Shown one piece after another: positions 52,161 to 61,839 of a stretch of 64,000 bases of DNA. The notes under the pieces are model-generated. The model was given only the letters and a program-made list of their open reading frames with translations. It was not told the origin of the DNA and made no database searches. This DNA is from an uncultured delta proteobacterium (lineage in GTDB: Bacteria > Desulfobacterota > Desulfomonilia > UBA1062), in the NCBI GenBank assembly GCA_963752595.1, contig CAVVYZ010000009.1, positions 96,001 to 160,000 of the forward strand, written 5' to 3'. The translations under genes were made by a program, and so were the position numbers. Position 1 is the stretch's first letter, and every line of letters starts with the position of its first letter.

Positions 52161-53369
52161 ACCCTTTCCCTTACGAAATCGAGAATTTTATGTGCCAGTG
52201 CTTCTTTTTCCAATCGTTCAAAGGTATACAGTATCCCGCCGGGGACTATGATGATACCTGAATTGGTATCCGATCCGAAACCGCTTCCCGTTTCTCCCAC
52301 CCTGTTGGCCACGATCATATCAAGCCCTTTGGTAATGAGCTTGTTCCGGGCTGATTCGCTTAAGTTCTCGGTCTCTGCGGCAAAACCCACAAAAAACTTG
52401 TCATTTTTCAAGGGCTTTATGGTTGAGAGGATATCATGGGTTTGTTTGAGTTCGATGGAGCGATCTTATCGCCCTTTTTTATCTTGGATTCACGATACCG
52501 GGCCGGTGTATAGTCGGCCACAGCGGCTGCCATGATGAGCACATCGGCCTCTTCGAGACTCTCTATGACTGCGGAAAGCATCTGCTCTGCAGATCGGACC
52601 ATTACCACCTGAGCCCAGGGCGCATAATCCATGGCCACAGGCCCGCTGATAACCTTCGTGGCAGCTCCTCTCACACATGCAGCTTCCACGAGAGTTGCCC
52701 CCATCTTCCGGTTGAGCGGTTCGTGATGAAACGCACCGGATCAATGTCTTCGCAGGTGGGCCCGCAGGTGATGACAATGGAGATTCCGGAGAGGTCTTTC
52801 TGATAAAGGTGCTTCTTTGCCTCGGCAACGATCCTGTCGGGTTCGGGCAGCCGCCCTGCCCCTTCCCATCCGCATGCGAGCTCTCCGGCTGCAGGTTCAA
52901 GGATGTGCACCCCTCTCTCCTTGAGTATTTCGATATTCTTCCGGGTTGCAGGGTGGCTGTACATATTTACATTCATTGAAGGGCAAACGAGGATGGGCGC
53001 TTTCGTGGCCAGGACAATGCATGAAAGCAGATCATCCGCTATCCCGGATGCCATCTTTGCAATAAAATCTGCCGTTGCCGGGGCGATGAGAAGAAGATCC
53101 GCCCGGTCGGCCAGTGCGATGTGCTCCACCTCGTGGGCATCGGAGGGTATAACAGGAAAGAGCTCAGTGCATACAGCCCGGCCGGAGACCGTCTGCAGGG
53201 AGAGCGGCGTTACAAAATGCGAGGCAGCTTCGGTCATGACGGCATGCACATCCATACCTAAAGCCTTCAGCCCCCGAATGACAAGAGGGGCCTTATAGGC
53301 TGCAATGCCGCCGGTAATCCCGTAAACGACCGTGTGGCAGGCTAGATCTTCTCCTGAGGTACTACCCAT
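52157..53369 (-). CDS. coaBC: Bifunctional phosphopantothenoylcysteine decarboxylase/ligase CoaBC (frameshifted)
   Basis: GITGGIAAYK, APATAD, PSMNVNM, LACG, IDPVRFITNRS, MAAAVADY, VGFAAET. Confidence 0.92.
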
Positions 53370-53772
53370 ATCTCCACCCAAGTCCTGAGAGGGTCTTCCG
53401 TGATGAGGACGGATGAAAACCTTTCGCTTTTCTTGAAAAAGAGCTTTATCGCCCCCTGATACTTATATTGATTCATCATGGCCCATCCATCGGAATTCAT
53501 CGATGTGATGAAAAACTGGGCAAGGATTCCGCATAGACCCGTCCCGTAAGGACGAGCCTTCCATGCCCGTTTATAATATAGCTTTCCTTCGACACCATGC
53601 TCCAAGTCTCCGGGGATGAGGATATCCCCGAAATCTAAGTACCGGGGCGACGATTGCGCATTCCTGTGGAAGCAGGGGAACCGTTCAGCGTTTCCTGCAG
53701 CTTCGCACAACCGGGCAACAAAAGGATACCCACCATAACTACCACGAACATACAGACGTACAGCTTCTTCAT
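53342..53772 (-). CDS. Hypothetical lipoprotein (frameshift near 53660)
   Basis: MKKLYVCMFVVVMVGILLLPGC lipobox with SD (GGGGAG); continues YLDFGDILIP... in the other frame. Confidence 0.65.
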
Positions 53773-53784
53773 ATCATCTCCCCC

Positions 53785-54416
53785 CTACAGGAATGGGTTA
53801 TGCCTGCGTTCAAACCCGATAGTGGTTGCAGGCCCGTGACCCGTAAGAACCTTAACATCATCACCAAGAGGAATCAATTTGGTCTTTATTGAATTGATAA
53901 GGGTATGGTAATCGCCCCCGGGAAGATCCGTCCTTCCTATGGAGCCTGAAAACAGGGTGTCTCCGGCGAAGCAGTATTTTCCATCCGCTGTAACGAGTGA
54001 AATCCCCCCCGGCGAATGTCCCGGTGTCTCGATGACCGTGAGCATAAGTTTTCCAAACACAACCTGATCCCCTTCGGCGAGGAACCGGTCGGGTTCAGGT
54101 GGAGTGGCTAATGCTGATCCCGAAAAGCCTGCCCATTTTCGATGCGGCTTTCAGAATCAGGAAGCTCTGCCTCGTGGAGCATAAGATCCGACGAGAAGGC
54201 ATCCTTGATGTCTTTCAATGCGCCGATGTGGTCGACATGGGCATGGGTGTTCACCGCAGCAACAACGTTCCAACACCCATCTTCTCCACCTCCTGCACGA
54301 TTTTTTTCCCTTCGCCCCCGGGATCGATAACGATTGCCATCCATGGTGGATTCATCAGCAACGATAAAACAGTTGGTCATGAACTCAGTGACCACAATCG
54401 TATTCAATAACATCAT
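53785..54416 (-). CDS. Metallo-beta-lactamase-fold hydrolase (glyoxalase II-like), frameshifted
   Basis: TNCFIV, THAHVDHIG, TPGHSPG, GDTLF, GRTDLPGG, GHGP. Confidence 0.88.
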
Positions 54417-54648
54417 GCCCCCCTGATCACTTCGAGGAAGAGTTCACCCTCAAGATGATCCTCAACAATTTCTTAGAGAACAGAATAATATACAGAAGAG
54501 GTTATTGGTCAACTGAGACCATCGCTTCTTACCGGTTCAGTCAGATTGATTTATCAGGAAACATTTTTGGTGACGTAAAATTGGAAGGATCATAATATTG
54601 TGGGCAGATAAAGTTTTAATCGCAAGATTTCCGATGAACAGTTCTGAG

Positions 54649-56024
54649 ATGGCACATATACTCATAGTCGAAGACGACATAAATCTGGGTCAGGTCCTTT
54701 TTCAGGAGCTGAAGAAACATAACCATGACGTGGAGCTCGTAGAAAACGGAGAGGCTGCACTCGCGCGGGTCAACAAATACATATACGACCTCATGCTTAC
54801 CGACCTGAAATTGCCGGGCATGGACGGCATTGAACTGCTCAAGAAGGTAAAAACTACCAATCCCAGTCAACCATTGTGATCGTCATGACCGGTTATGCTT
54901 CGGTGGATACCGCTGTGGTGGCTATGAAGAACGGGGCACAGGACTTCATCCAGAAACCTTTCGGCCTGCAGGAAATCACCCAGAAGATAGATGACTCCCT
55001 TGCCATCAAACGGATGAAGAACGAGATCGACTATCTCCGCCATGCCCAGGAAGATATCATTTACCGCACTACGGACATCATCGGGGAGAGCCCTTCGCTG
55101 AGAAAGGTGCTCAAGATGGTGGAGAAAGTGGCAAAGGCTGACTCCACCGTGCTCATAACCGGTGAGACCGGTGTAGGCAAAGGACTCGTAGCCGGGGCGA
55201 TCCATCACAACTCCAACCGGGGCAATAATAATTTTGTTCAGGTCAACTGCGCCGCGTTGCCCCATAACATCCTGGAAAGCGAGCTTTTCGGACATGAAAA
55301 GGGGCCTTTACCGGGGCAATAAAAACGAGAACCGGCAGGTTTGAGCAGGCCAACATGGGCACTATCTTCCTCGATGAGATCGGGGACATGGATATCGCCC
55401 TCCAGTCGAAAATATTGCGGGTCCTTGAAGAACGCGAGTTCGAAAGAGTCGGGGGAGAGAAGACCATCAAGGTTGATGTACGGGTCGTCGCTGCTACCAA
55501 TCAGGATATTCACACCCTGGTTCAGCAGGGTAAATTCCGAGAAGACCTTTATTACCGGATCAACGTGGTCAACATCGATATCCCACCTATCCGGCAGCGA
55601 AAGGAAGATATAGAGCCCCTTGTCCGCTATTTCATAAGGAAATATTCTATCGAATTCAAAAAACCGGATATGGATATCGACCCCTATGCCCTTGAATGTC
55701 TGATCGATTATGACTGGCCTGGAAACGTCCGCGAAATCCGCAACTGCATCGAACGCGCAGTCCTTCTGACCGAAGGGAACATCATCCGACATGCAGGATA
55801 TTTCCATCCATACAGGAGCCCAGGGCGGAAACCGGCACGAAGAGAATACATGCGTCTCTCATCGCTAGCCGTGAACTGAAAAAGAGAGTATCCTCGATGC
55901 CCTGAGAAAGAACGATTGGATACAGAAGGACGCTGCAGATACCTTAGGGATCAGCAAACGGGTAATCCACTATAAGATCAAGAAGTACGGTATCACCCAC
56001 CCCAGATGGATTAAAAACCGATAA
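54649..56024 (+). CDS. sigma54-dependent response regulator (REC-AAA+-Fis HTH), frameshifted
   Basis: [30 protein letters not shown] with GAFTGA restored by one added G, FLDEIG, WPGNVRE, HTH ...KKYGI ending at TAA 56022-56024. Confidence 0.88.
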
Positions 56025-57867
56025 TATCAACGAACAGAGACGTTACATCAGGATCCAGTGATTTTCCGGCCATGGAACACAACTCTCTCAATGCCTGCTC
56101 GTGGCTCAGCTGAAAACGGTACAGCCTCGGGGTCGTTATGGCGTTGAAGGTATCGACGACCCGCATCGCCCTTGCACTGATGGGGATATCATCACCTTTG
56201 AGCCCCCTGGGATATCCGCTCCCGTCGACGTTTTCATGGTGATACATGAGGATCTCTTCGTTAAGATCGAGTACCTTGACATCCTTGAGCATCCTTGTCC
56301 CTATGAAGGTGTGGGAATTGATTTTGTTCTGGTCAAAGGGTGTGATTTCACCCTTGGTGAAGATGGATGACGGAATCCCCAGATAGCCGATATTTGCAGC
56401 CAGGGCCGAATTTGCCCACTGTGCCGCCTGGGTCTCCCCCTTGCCCATTTCCTTTGCCAGGGTAAACATCTGGTCGGCGACCTTGATGGAATAGCCCATG
56501 GGATACCCTGCTCTGAGATCGCTCAAGATCGATGTCGTCGTGAGAATGCCCAGGTACCAGTTGCGGATATCCGGATCAAAGCCCAAGGCAACTGCCCATG
56601 CAGGCGTGATATAGGTGATAACCCATTCATAAATGTCGTCGGAAAGGCCTTCATGAACGAGATAGCCGAGATCGTTTCCCTGCCAGCTCACCAGGGCTCC
56701 GGGCGGTTCGTACCGAATGGAAATATCATCTGCCTGGCACTGGATCCGAAGCAGATCCAGCAGCTCGTTGAGGGTTTCGATATGAGGTCCGGAGCAGAGG
56801 ATCTTTTTCATTCTCAGTTCCAGAGAGAGATTGGTCTGCTTCAAAGCCCCTGTCTGGGAATACCGCGCCATGTGGATGCCTTTTTTCTTTGCATGTGACA
56901 GGGCCTGATGCGCGATGTTGATGAGCCCTTTCGCATCCTGGGCTTCATCCGGCAAGGTCGCTATCCCTATGGTCATGTTATTTGCAAGGTCTGCGCCGAG
57001 ATTCAATGTTGCATTGTGCAGGGCTGTTATCGCATCCTGAGGGGAGCAGCCGGGGAGGATCACGAAAAAACTCAACTCCTCATAGCGGATCACCTTGTCA
57101 TAGCGCCTGAGGCCGTCCTGTATTCTTTTCGCCAATGTCTTTAGTGTCCTCACGCCTTCGGGGATATGCTGATAGAGCCCGAACTTGTCCCTGTCCCCTA
57201 TTTCAATGATTGCAACGCTTGTGGGAAACGACAGGCGCTTGGAAAGCTCCTCATACTGGTGAAGGACATCCAGGATTACATGCCTCTGGGGAATATCCAT
57301 ACGCAGATCCAGAGCTTCATCATAATCCGGTGCCGGGCTGATAACCTTCTGGAGGATATTTTCGGAGCCGAGGAGCAGATGCTTTATCAGAATGATATCG
57401 TTGATATCGAAGCATTGCCCCGTCTTCCGGTAGAGTTCGAGACACCCGATAATCTTGGTATCCCTGTATATCGGCAACGCGATCATGGAATGGAACATGA
57501 TCGGCAGCTCATTGTTCTCGAGCCCTGTCTCGCTTACATCCGTGATCAGGATCGGCTTTGCCTTGTCCCTGATAACGGAAGTGAAGACATTGCCCTTCTC
57601 TATCTTCTCGGGTATCTCCCCTGCAATCCTCTGCAGAACCATGCATCCTGCGGTGACCAGACATATACGAGGGCCATGTCGAAGGACGTAATGTGCTCTA
57701 CGAAATTGAGAAAAAGATCGGATAACTTCTCTACGCGGACATCCACCTCCGAGAGCAGGGATACCTGGAAGAGTAGCGGGATAGACCCGAGCATTCTGCT
57801 TAATGAAGTCAGGGGTAAGCTCCAGGGTCTGATCAATAACACAATTAGTCAATCTATCAATGCACAT
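56011..57867 (-). CDS. GAF + degenerate GGDEF + degenerate HD-GYP protein (probably two compensating frameshifts near the N-terminus)
   Basis: GAF-like SMIALPI..IGCLEL; GGDEF fold with RRYD-x5-EELSF; HD-GYP fold with AANIG and HHENVDGSGYP. Confidence 0.8.
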   Translation of the reverse strand: MCIDRLTNCVIDQTLELTPDFIKQNARVYPATLPGIPALGGGCPRREVIRSFSQFRRAHYVLRHGPRICLVTAGCMVLQRIAGEIPEKIEKGNVFTSVIRDKAKPILITDVSETGLENNELPIMFHSMIALPIYRDTKIIGCLELYRKTGQCFDINDIILIKHLLLGSENILQKVISPAPDYDEALDLRMDIPQRHVILDVLHQYEELSKRLSFPTSVAIIEIGDRDKFGLYQHIPEGVRTLKTLAKRIQDGLRRYDKVIRYEELSFFVILPGCSPQDAITALHNATLNLGADLANNMTIGIATLPDEAQDAKGLINIAHQALSHAKKKGIHMARYSQTGALKQTNLSLELRMKKILCSGPHIETLNELLDLLRIQCQADDISIRYEPPGALVSWQGNDLGYLVHEGLSDDIYEWVITYITPAWAVALGFDPDIRNWYLGILTTTSILSDLRAGYPMGYSIKVADQMFTLAKEMGKGETQAAQWANSALAANIGYLGIPSSIFTKGEITPFDQNKINSHTFIGTRMLKDVKVLDLNEEILMYHHENVDGSGYPRGLKGDDIPISARAMRVVDTFNAITTPRLYRFQLSHEQALRELCSMAGKSLDPDVTSLFVDIIGF

Positions 57868-57912
57868 GATGCTACTCGAGCACCTCCGTTGTAGAATCTT
57901 CAACAGATGAGG

Positions 57913-58044
57913 TCAGATCACCCTTTTATATTGCATGCCATTCCAATAGGCTTCGTATTCCCTGCATGCCCTCTTCAGACCGGAGAGCCCTCGAATCCCA
58001 AGCCTTTCAAGCTGTTCAAGAATCTCTCTGCGAGTAAGCCTCAT
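57913..58044 (-). CDS. Small basic hypothetical protein (43 aa)
   Basis: MRLTRREILEQLERLGIRGLSGLKRACREYEAYWNGMQYKRVI; SD GAGG; directly downstream of a consensus sigma54 promoter. Confidence 0.6.
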   Translation of the reverse strand: MRLTRREILEQLERLGIRGLSGLKRACREYEAYWNGMQYKRVI

Positions 58045-58081
58045 CACTATCCTCACCACTGTAGTCTTGTACTCCAAAGTG

Positions 58082-58097
58082 TGCAAACATGGTGCCA
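58082..58097 (-). promoter_or_regulatory. sigma54 (-24/-12) promoter
   Basis: TGGCAC-CATGT-TTGCA matches TGGCAC-N5-TTGCA; AT-rich region upstream (58100-58290). Confidence 0.8.
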
Positions 58098-58297
58098 TAG
58101 ACAATCACCTATGAAATGCAATACTATTACATAGACGTTATAAAATCATATCCTGAATATTATCATGGGCATTTTTAGGAAAAAAAGAACTTTTGTTACT
58201 CTTTATAAGAAAGAAATTACATACTGTTTCTGGGCATATTCAAAGAAATTTACTCGCATGAATCATGCCTCATTTTGAGTCAATTTCCAGCGCTTGA

Positions 58298-59841
58298 TCA
58301 CCGGAGAGAAAACCTCATACCCATAATCCAGAGCATGGCCGAAATATAATGCCGCCGCCGAGTGGCGATGGAGCTGAACAGCATGGAAACGCTCAGACTG
58401 ACAATCCGCCCGCCCAGAACTTCATATGCAGAAAACAGCAGAAGGCCGGCACCCATGACCAGGGAAGCACCGAGCATTTGCACTATCTTGACCCAGATCT
58501 CCCGGGGCAGCGAATCCCCTCCCGGGAATGATCCGGTACATGATGATCATCTGAACCGCCACCGAGATGCTGCTTGCCAGTGCGATGCCGCCGAATGCCC
58601 CATGAACGGCATGAGGGCTACGCTGAAGAGCGCATTGATGACAAGGCTGATCCAGGCCGTCTTCACCACCGCCTTGGGCTGCTGCATGGCATACAGGGTC
58701 TGGGTGAGTATCCTCGAACAGCCCACAGCGCATCAGACCCACGGCATACATCTGGAGGGCAAAGGCCGTGGCCAGAACATCTCCATCCCAAAAGCCCCTC
58801 GCATGAAGAGGACTGCGAAGATCGGCTCTGCAAGGACCAGCATCCCGATGGTGGCAGGGATGGTGAAGATCAGCACCGCGATCATGGAATCCCCGGTGAG
58901 CGCTGACAGCCTTTCATGATCCGATCGTGCATATGCGGTGCTCATGGCCGGAAGCATCACATTGCTCACGGAAAAGGCGAACAGTCCCAAGGGAAGCTCC
59001 AGGATGCGGCTCGCAGTAGTAGAGATACGAAACGCTTCCGGTGGTAAGGAGCGATGCGAGCAGGGTCCCGATGAACACATTCAGCTGGTAGACCGAGGCG
59101 CCGATAGCGGCAACGCCCATGAGCTTCAGGACCTGCTTGAGCCGGGGATGGTAGAAGTCTGCCGTAAACCGCAGAGGGACCTTCATGATCTTGATAGGGG
59201 ATCATCTGCAGGAGGATCTGGGCGATACCCCCCAGGATCACGCCCCAGGCAAAGGCATCCTCCGGCTGTCTGAAAACCGGGGAACAGCGACATAGCCTAC
59301 ACGGGAACGCCGATCATGAAGATATTGAGGAGAATCGGGCGCAGCCTGCAGGCGCGGTGAAATGCCCCAGTGAATTGAGGACCCCCATGAGGAGTGCCGC
59401 GATCCCGATCAGCAGGATGAAGGGGAACATGATGCGGGTGAGATGAACCGCGATATCAAAGGCTATCCTGTCTTTCAGAAAACCCGGCGCCATGGCGGCC
59501 ACCATGGCCGGAGAGAGGATCTCGCCGATAATGACCACGGCGATCAGGGCATAGAACATGAAGGTGAAGATATCCCGGGTGAGCTCGAAGGCCTTTTCCA
59601 GATGCCGTCCTTTTCCCTTGACTTCCGTAAAGACCGGGATAAAGGCAACGCTGATGGCGCCTTCCGCCATGAACCTGCGCAGGAGATTGGGAATCCTGAA
59701 GGCAACGATAAACGCATCCGCTACAGGATGCCGGCGCCCAGGATCCAGGCCATGACCATGTCCCGGACAAAACCCAGGATACGGCTGATGCCGGTAAGCC
59801 CTCCGACAGCGGCGATATTCTCTGAACGCGCTTTTCTTCAT
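58298..59841 (-). CDS. murJ: Lipid II flippase MurJ/MviN (many frameshifts)
   Basis: ISRILGFVRD, ADAFIVAFRIPNLLRRFMAEGA, FIPVF, RILELPLGLF, F.RGAF, GIALASSI. Confidence 0.9.
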
Positions 59842-59885
59842 CCTTTAGGGCCACACGGAGGCGGCTCACTTTCACGATATATTTC

Positions 59886-60583
59886 TTATTTTGCCCTTAC
59901 CTCGGCACGAACATGGATGGTTTTTTTCGGGAGATAGGAAAGATCCGTTTCCAGATTCACATTCCCGCCGACAAAACCCATCCGATTGCCCAGGAGAAAA
60001 CTTGATATCGTGATTTTCCTGGACTGTCCCGGCTTCAGGTAAAAGGATCAGCGGCACAGCGAAGAGCTCAGGCGGCGTTGCCTCGATCTTGGTTATTTTT
60101 AAGGGTTTCTTGCTCACGTTTTCTACGATTACTCGCGGCTTTCGCTGTCTGGCCCTGGAGGATCTACCGAAATTCATCAGCCTGGGAGATACTTTCAGTG
60201 TCTCGAAGACCGGGCCTTCATGGTAAGGACGATTAGATCCTCCTTCGGATCGTTTGTTTCGATCTTTATCTCTTTAAAGAGGTCTGCCGTGTATGCATAG
60301 GTGGACATCTTCACGATGATCTTCCTCGCTTCGCCGGGTGCAACGGTCTGCCCGCCCGGGGCAGATATCTCGACACCTCAACACGGCCTCACTTTGAAGG
60401 TAAGGGGCTCATCACCGAATTCTTCAGGTGGAACACATTGGATATTTCTTTTCCCTGAGGGACTTCTCCCGCATCGTATGCGGTATTCTGGATAAACGCC
60501 TCGGGTGCGCAATGAGAAACCTGGGGGAATAAGAGGAACAGCAGAAGAATCAATCCCCCACCCAATCCGGATAATCTCTTCAT
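59886..60583 (-). CDS. Exported DUF1573-like (Ig-like) protein with in-frame UGA, candidate selenoprotein; several frameshifts
   Basis: Signal peptide; YDAGEVPQG..NVFHLKN.GDEPLTFKVRPC-TGA-GVEIS..VAPGEARKIIVKMST..FKEIKIETNDP; second Ig-like domain ending NLETDLSYLPKKTIHVRAEVRAK*. Confidence 0.75.
60347..60380 (-). other. In-frame UGA (60380-60378) plus SECIS-like hairpin
   Basis: UGA, 12 nt, then UCUGCCC-CGGGC-GGGCAGA (7-bp perfect stem, G-containing loop). Confidence 0.6.
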
Positions 60584-60663
60584 TGTCTCACCTCCGTAGC
60601 TCGAGCTATCACAATTCCAAACACGTTTCCAGACGTATTTGGAGGGCGGATCGCTTCCTGCTG

Positions 60664-60692
60664 TTGACTTTTCCCTGCCCACAGAATAGATC
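60664..60692 (+). promoter_or_regulatory. sigma70-type promoter (leaderless geometry)
   Basis: TTGACT-N17-TAGATC, then 6 nt, then ATG at 60699; no SD; imperfect -10. Confidence 0.4.
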
Positions 60693-60698
60693 GTTACT

Positions 60699-61127
60699 AT
60701 GCGCGGTAAATTGGAACAACCGAGAGGGCTCATCGAACTGATCTCCGTAGAAGTGGAACGCATCGACAGCGAGTATGGAGAGTTCTGGCTCAGCTATGAA
60801 TACAGCTGCCCTGCAGGGCAATACAAATCCGCAATGGTACTGCCGATATTCAACTCAAAGGAGATGACGAACCAGTTCTTCAAGGAATTCATGAACGAGG
60901 CACGGCATCTCTCCGAGATGGAAAGCAACGAGGTATGCGCCGTGGGATTCAATGTTGCAAACAAGATCAACAGCATGCTCCCCATCAAAAATCTCTGCCA
61001 GCGGGTGATAGAAGTGCTCCAGTCGCCCGAGCCTCTCAACGAGAACCGGGAATACATCGACCTGTGCTCCTCGGGATTTCATTTCAAGGAAGCGGGAAAA
61101 AGCCTCTCCGTCCATGGGGTTCGATGA
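60699..61127 (+). CDS. Hypothetical protein
   Basis: 142-aa ORF heading a run of overlapping + strand genes; no family recognised. Confidence 0.7.
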   Translation: MRGKLEQPRGLIELISVEVERIDSEYGEFWLSYEYSCPAGQYKSAMVLPIFNSKEMTNQFFKEFMNEARHLSEMESNEVCAVGFNVANKINSMLPIKNLCQRVIEVLQSPEPLNENREYIDLCSSGFHFKEAGKSLSVHGVR

Positions 61128-61839
61128 GCGTTTCAAGACTTTCATGAACCGGGCCCGGGACAAGATGGAACAGGGATACTACACCATCGCTGCGGACGAT
61201 CTGGAAAAGGCGAATATCCTTTGCTCCACATCCCCGCTGATTTATAAGCTCATCGGCATCTGCCACCGGGAACTCGGCCACCTCGACCTTGCACTCGAGA
61301 TGTTCTCCAAGGCCCTTGACTCCGGCGACAAGGAAAAGGATACCTATCTCTATCTTGCGGAAATCAACTTTTTCCTGAACAATATGGAGGAGGCCCAGCG
61401 TTTCCTCGAAATGATGCTCAAGGAATATCCCGATGACATCCGGGCCCTGGTGGAGTTGGCAAACATCAGGTATCAGATGGATCAGGAGTACACCGATATC
61501 CTTGACCGCGCCTTTTCCCTCGACAGGGAAGGAACACAGAAGAGCATCCTCCAGACGTTCGTTTTCAAAAAGGTCGGGTACACGAAGCACAAGAAAACCT
61601 CCATCGAGAAGGCGGCCCTTCTCCTCCAGATTCCGGAACAGACGATACGTCTGCTTGCATCGAGTAATCGCGTCCCGGCACGGACTTTTCCCGAGAACGA
61701 TGAAATGATCCTCGATGAACATGAGCTCAAGTCATGGGCTTTCGTATACAGGAGATATTACTTGCTTGAAGATGAAATCCAGAGAGTTTCAGCTAACCCT
61801 GCAGCAAATAAAAATCAGGGCATGGCTGTTCTGCCCTGA
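61114..61839 (+). CDS. TPR protein with C-terminal excisionase/HTH_17-like domain
   Basis: TPRs (IYKLIGICHRELGHLDLALEMF); C-terminal SIEKAALLLQIPEQTIRLLASSNRVPA...ILDEHELKSW. Confidence 0.7.
   Translation: MGFDERFKTFMNRARDKMEQGYYTIAADDLEKANILCSTSPLIYKLIGICHRELGHLDLALEMFSKALDSGDKEKDTYLYLAEINFFLNNMEEAQRFLEMMLKEYPDDIRALVELANIRYQMDQEYTDILDRAFSLDREGTQKSILQTFVFKKVGYTKHKKTSIEKAALLLQIPEQTIRLLASSNRVPARTFPENDEMILDEHELKSWAFVYRRYYLLEDEIQRVSANPAANKNQGMAVLP

Noticed and set aside
52157-59841. Calling coaBC, murJ and neighbours pseudogenes or programmed frameshifts
   Set aside because: These are normally essential functions, the motifs are intact and the indels cluster regionally, so sequencing error is more parsimonious.
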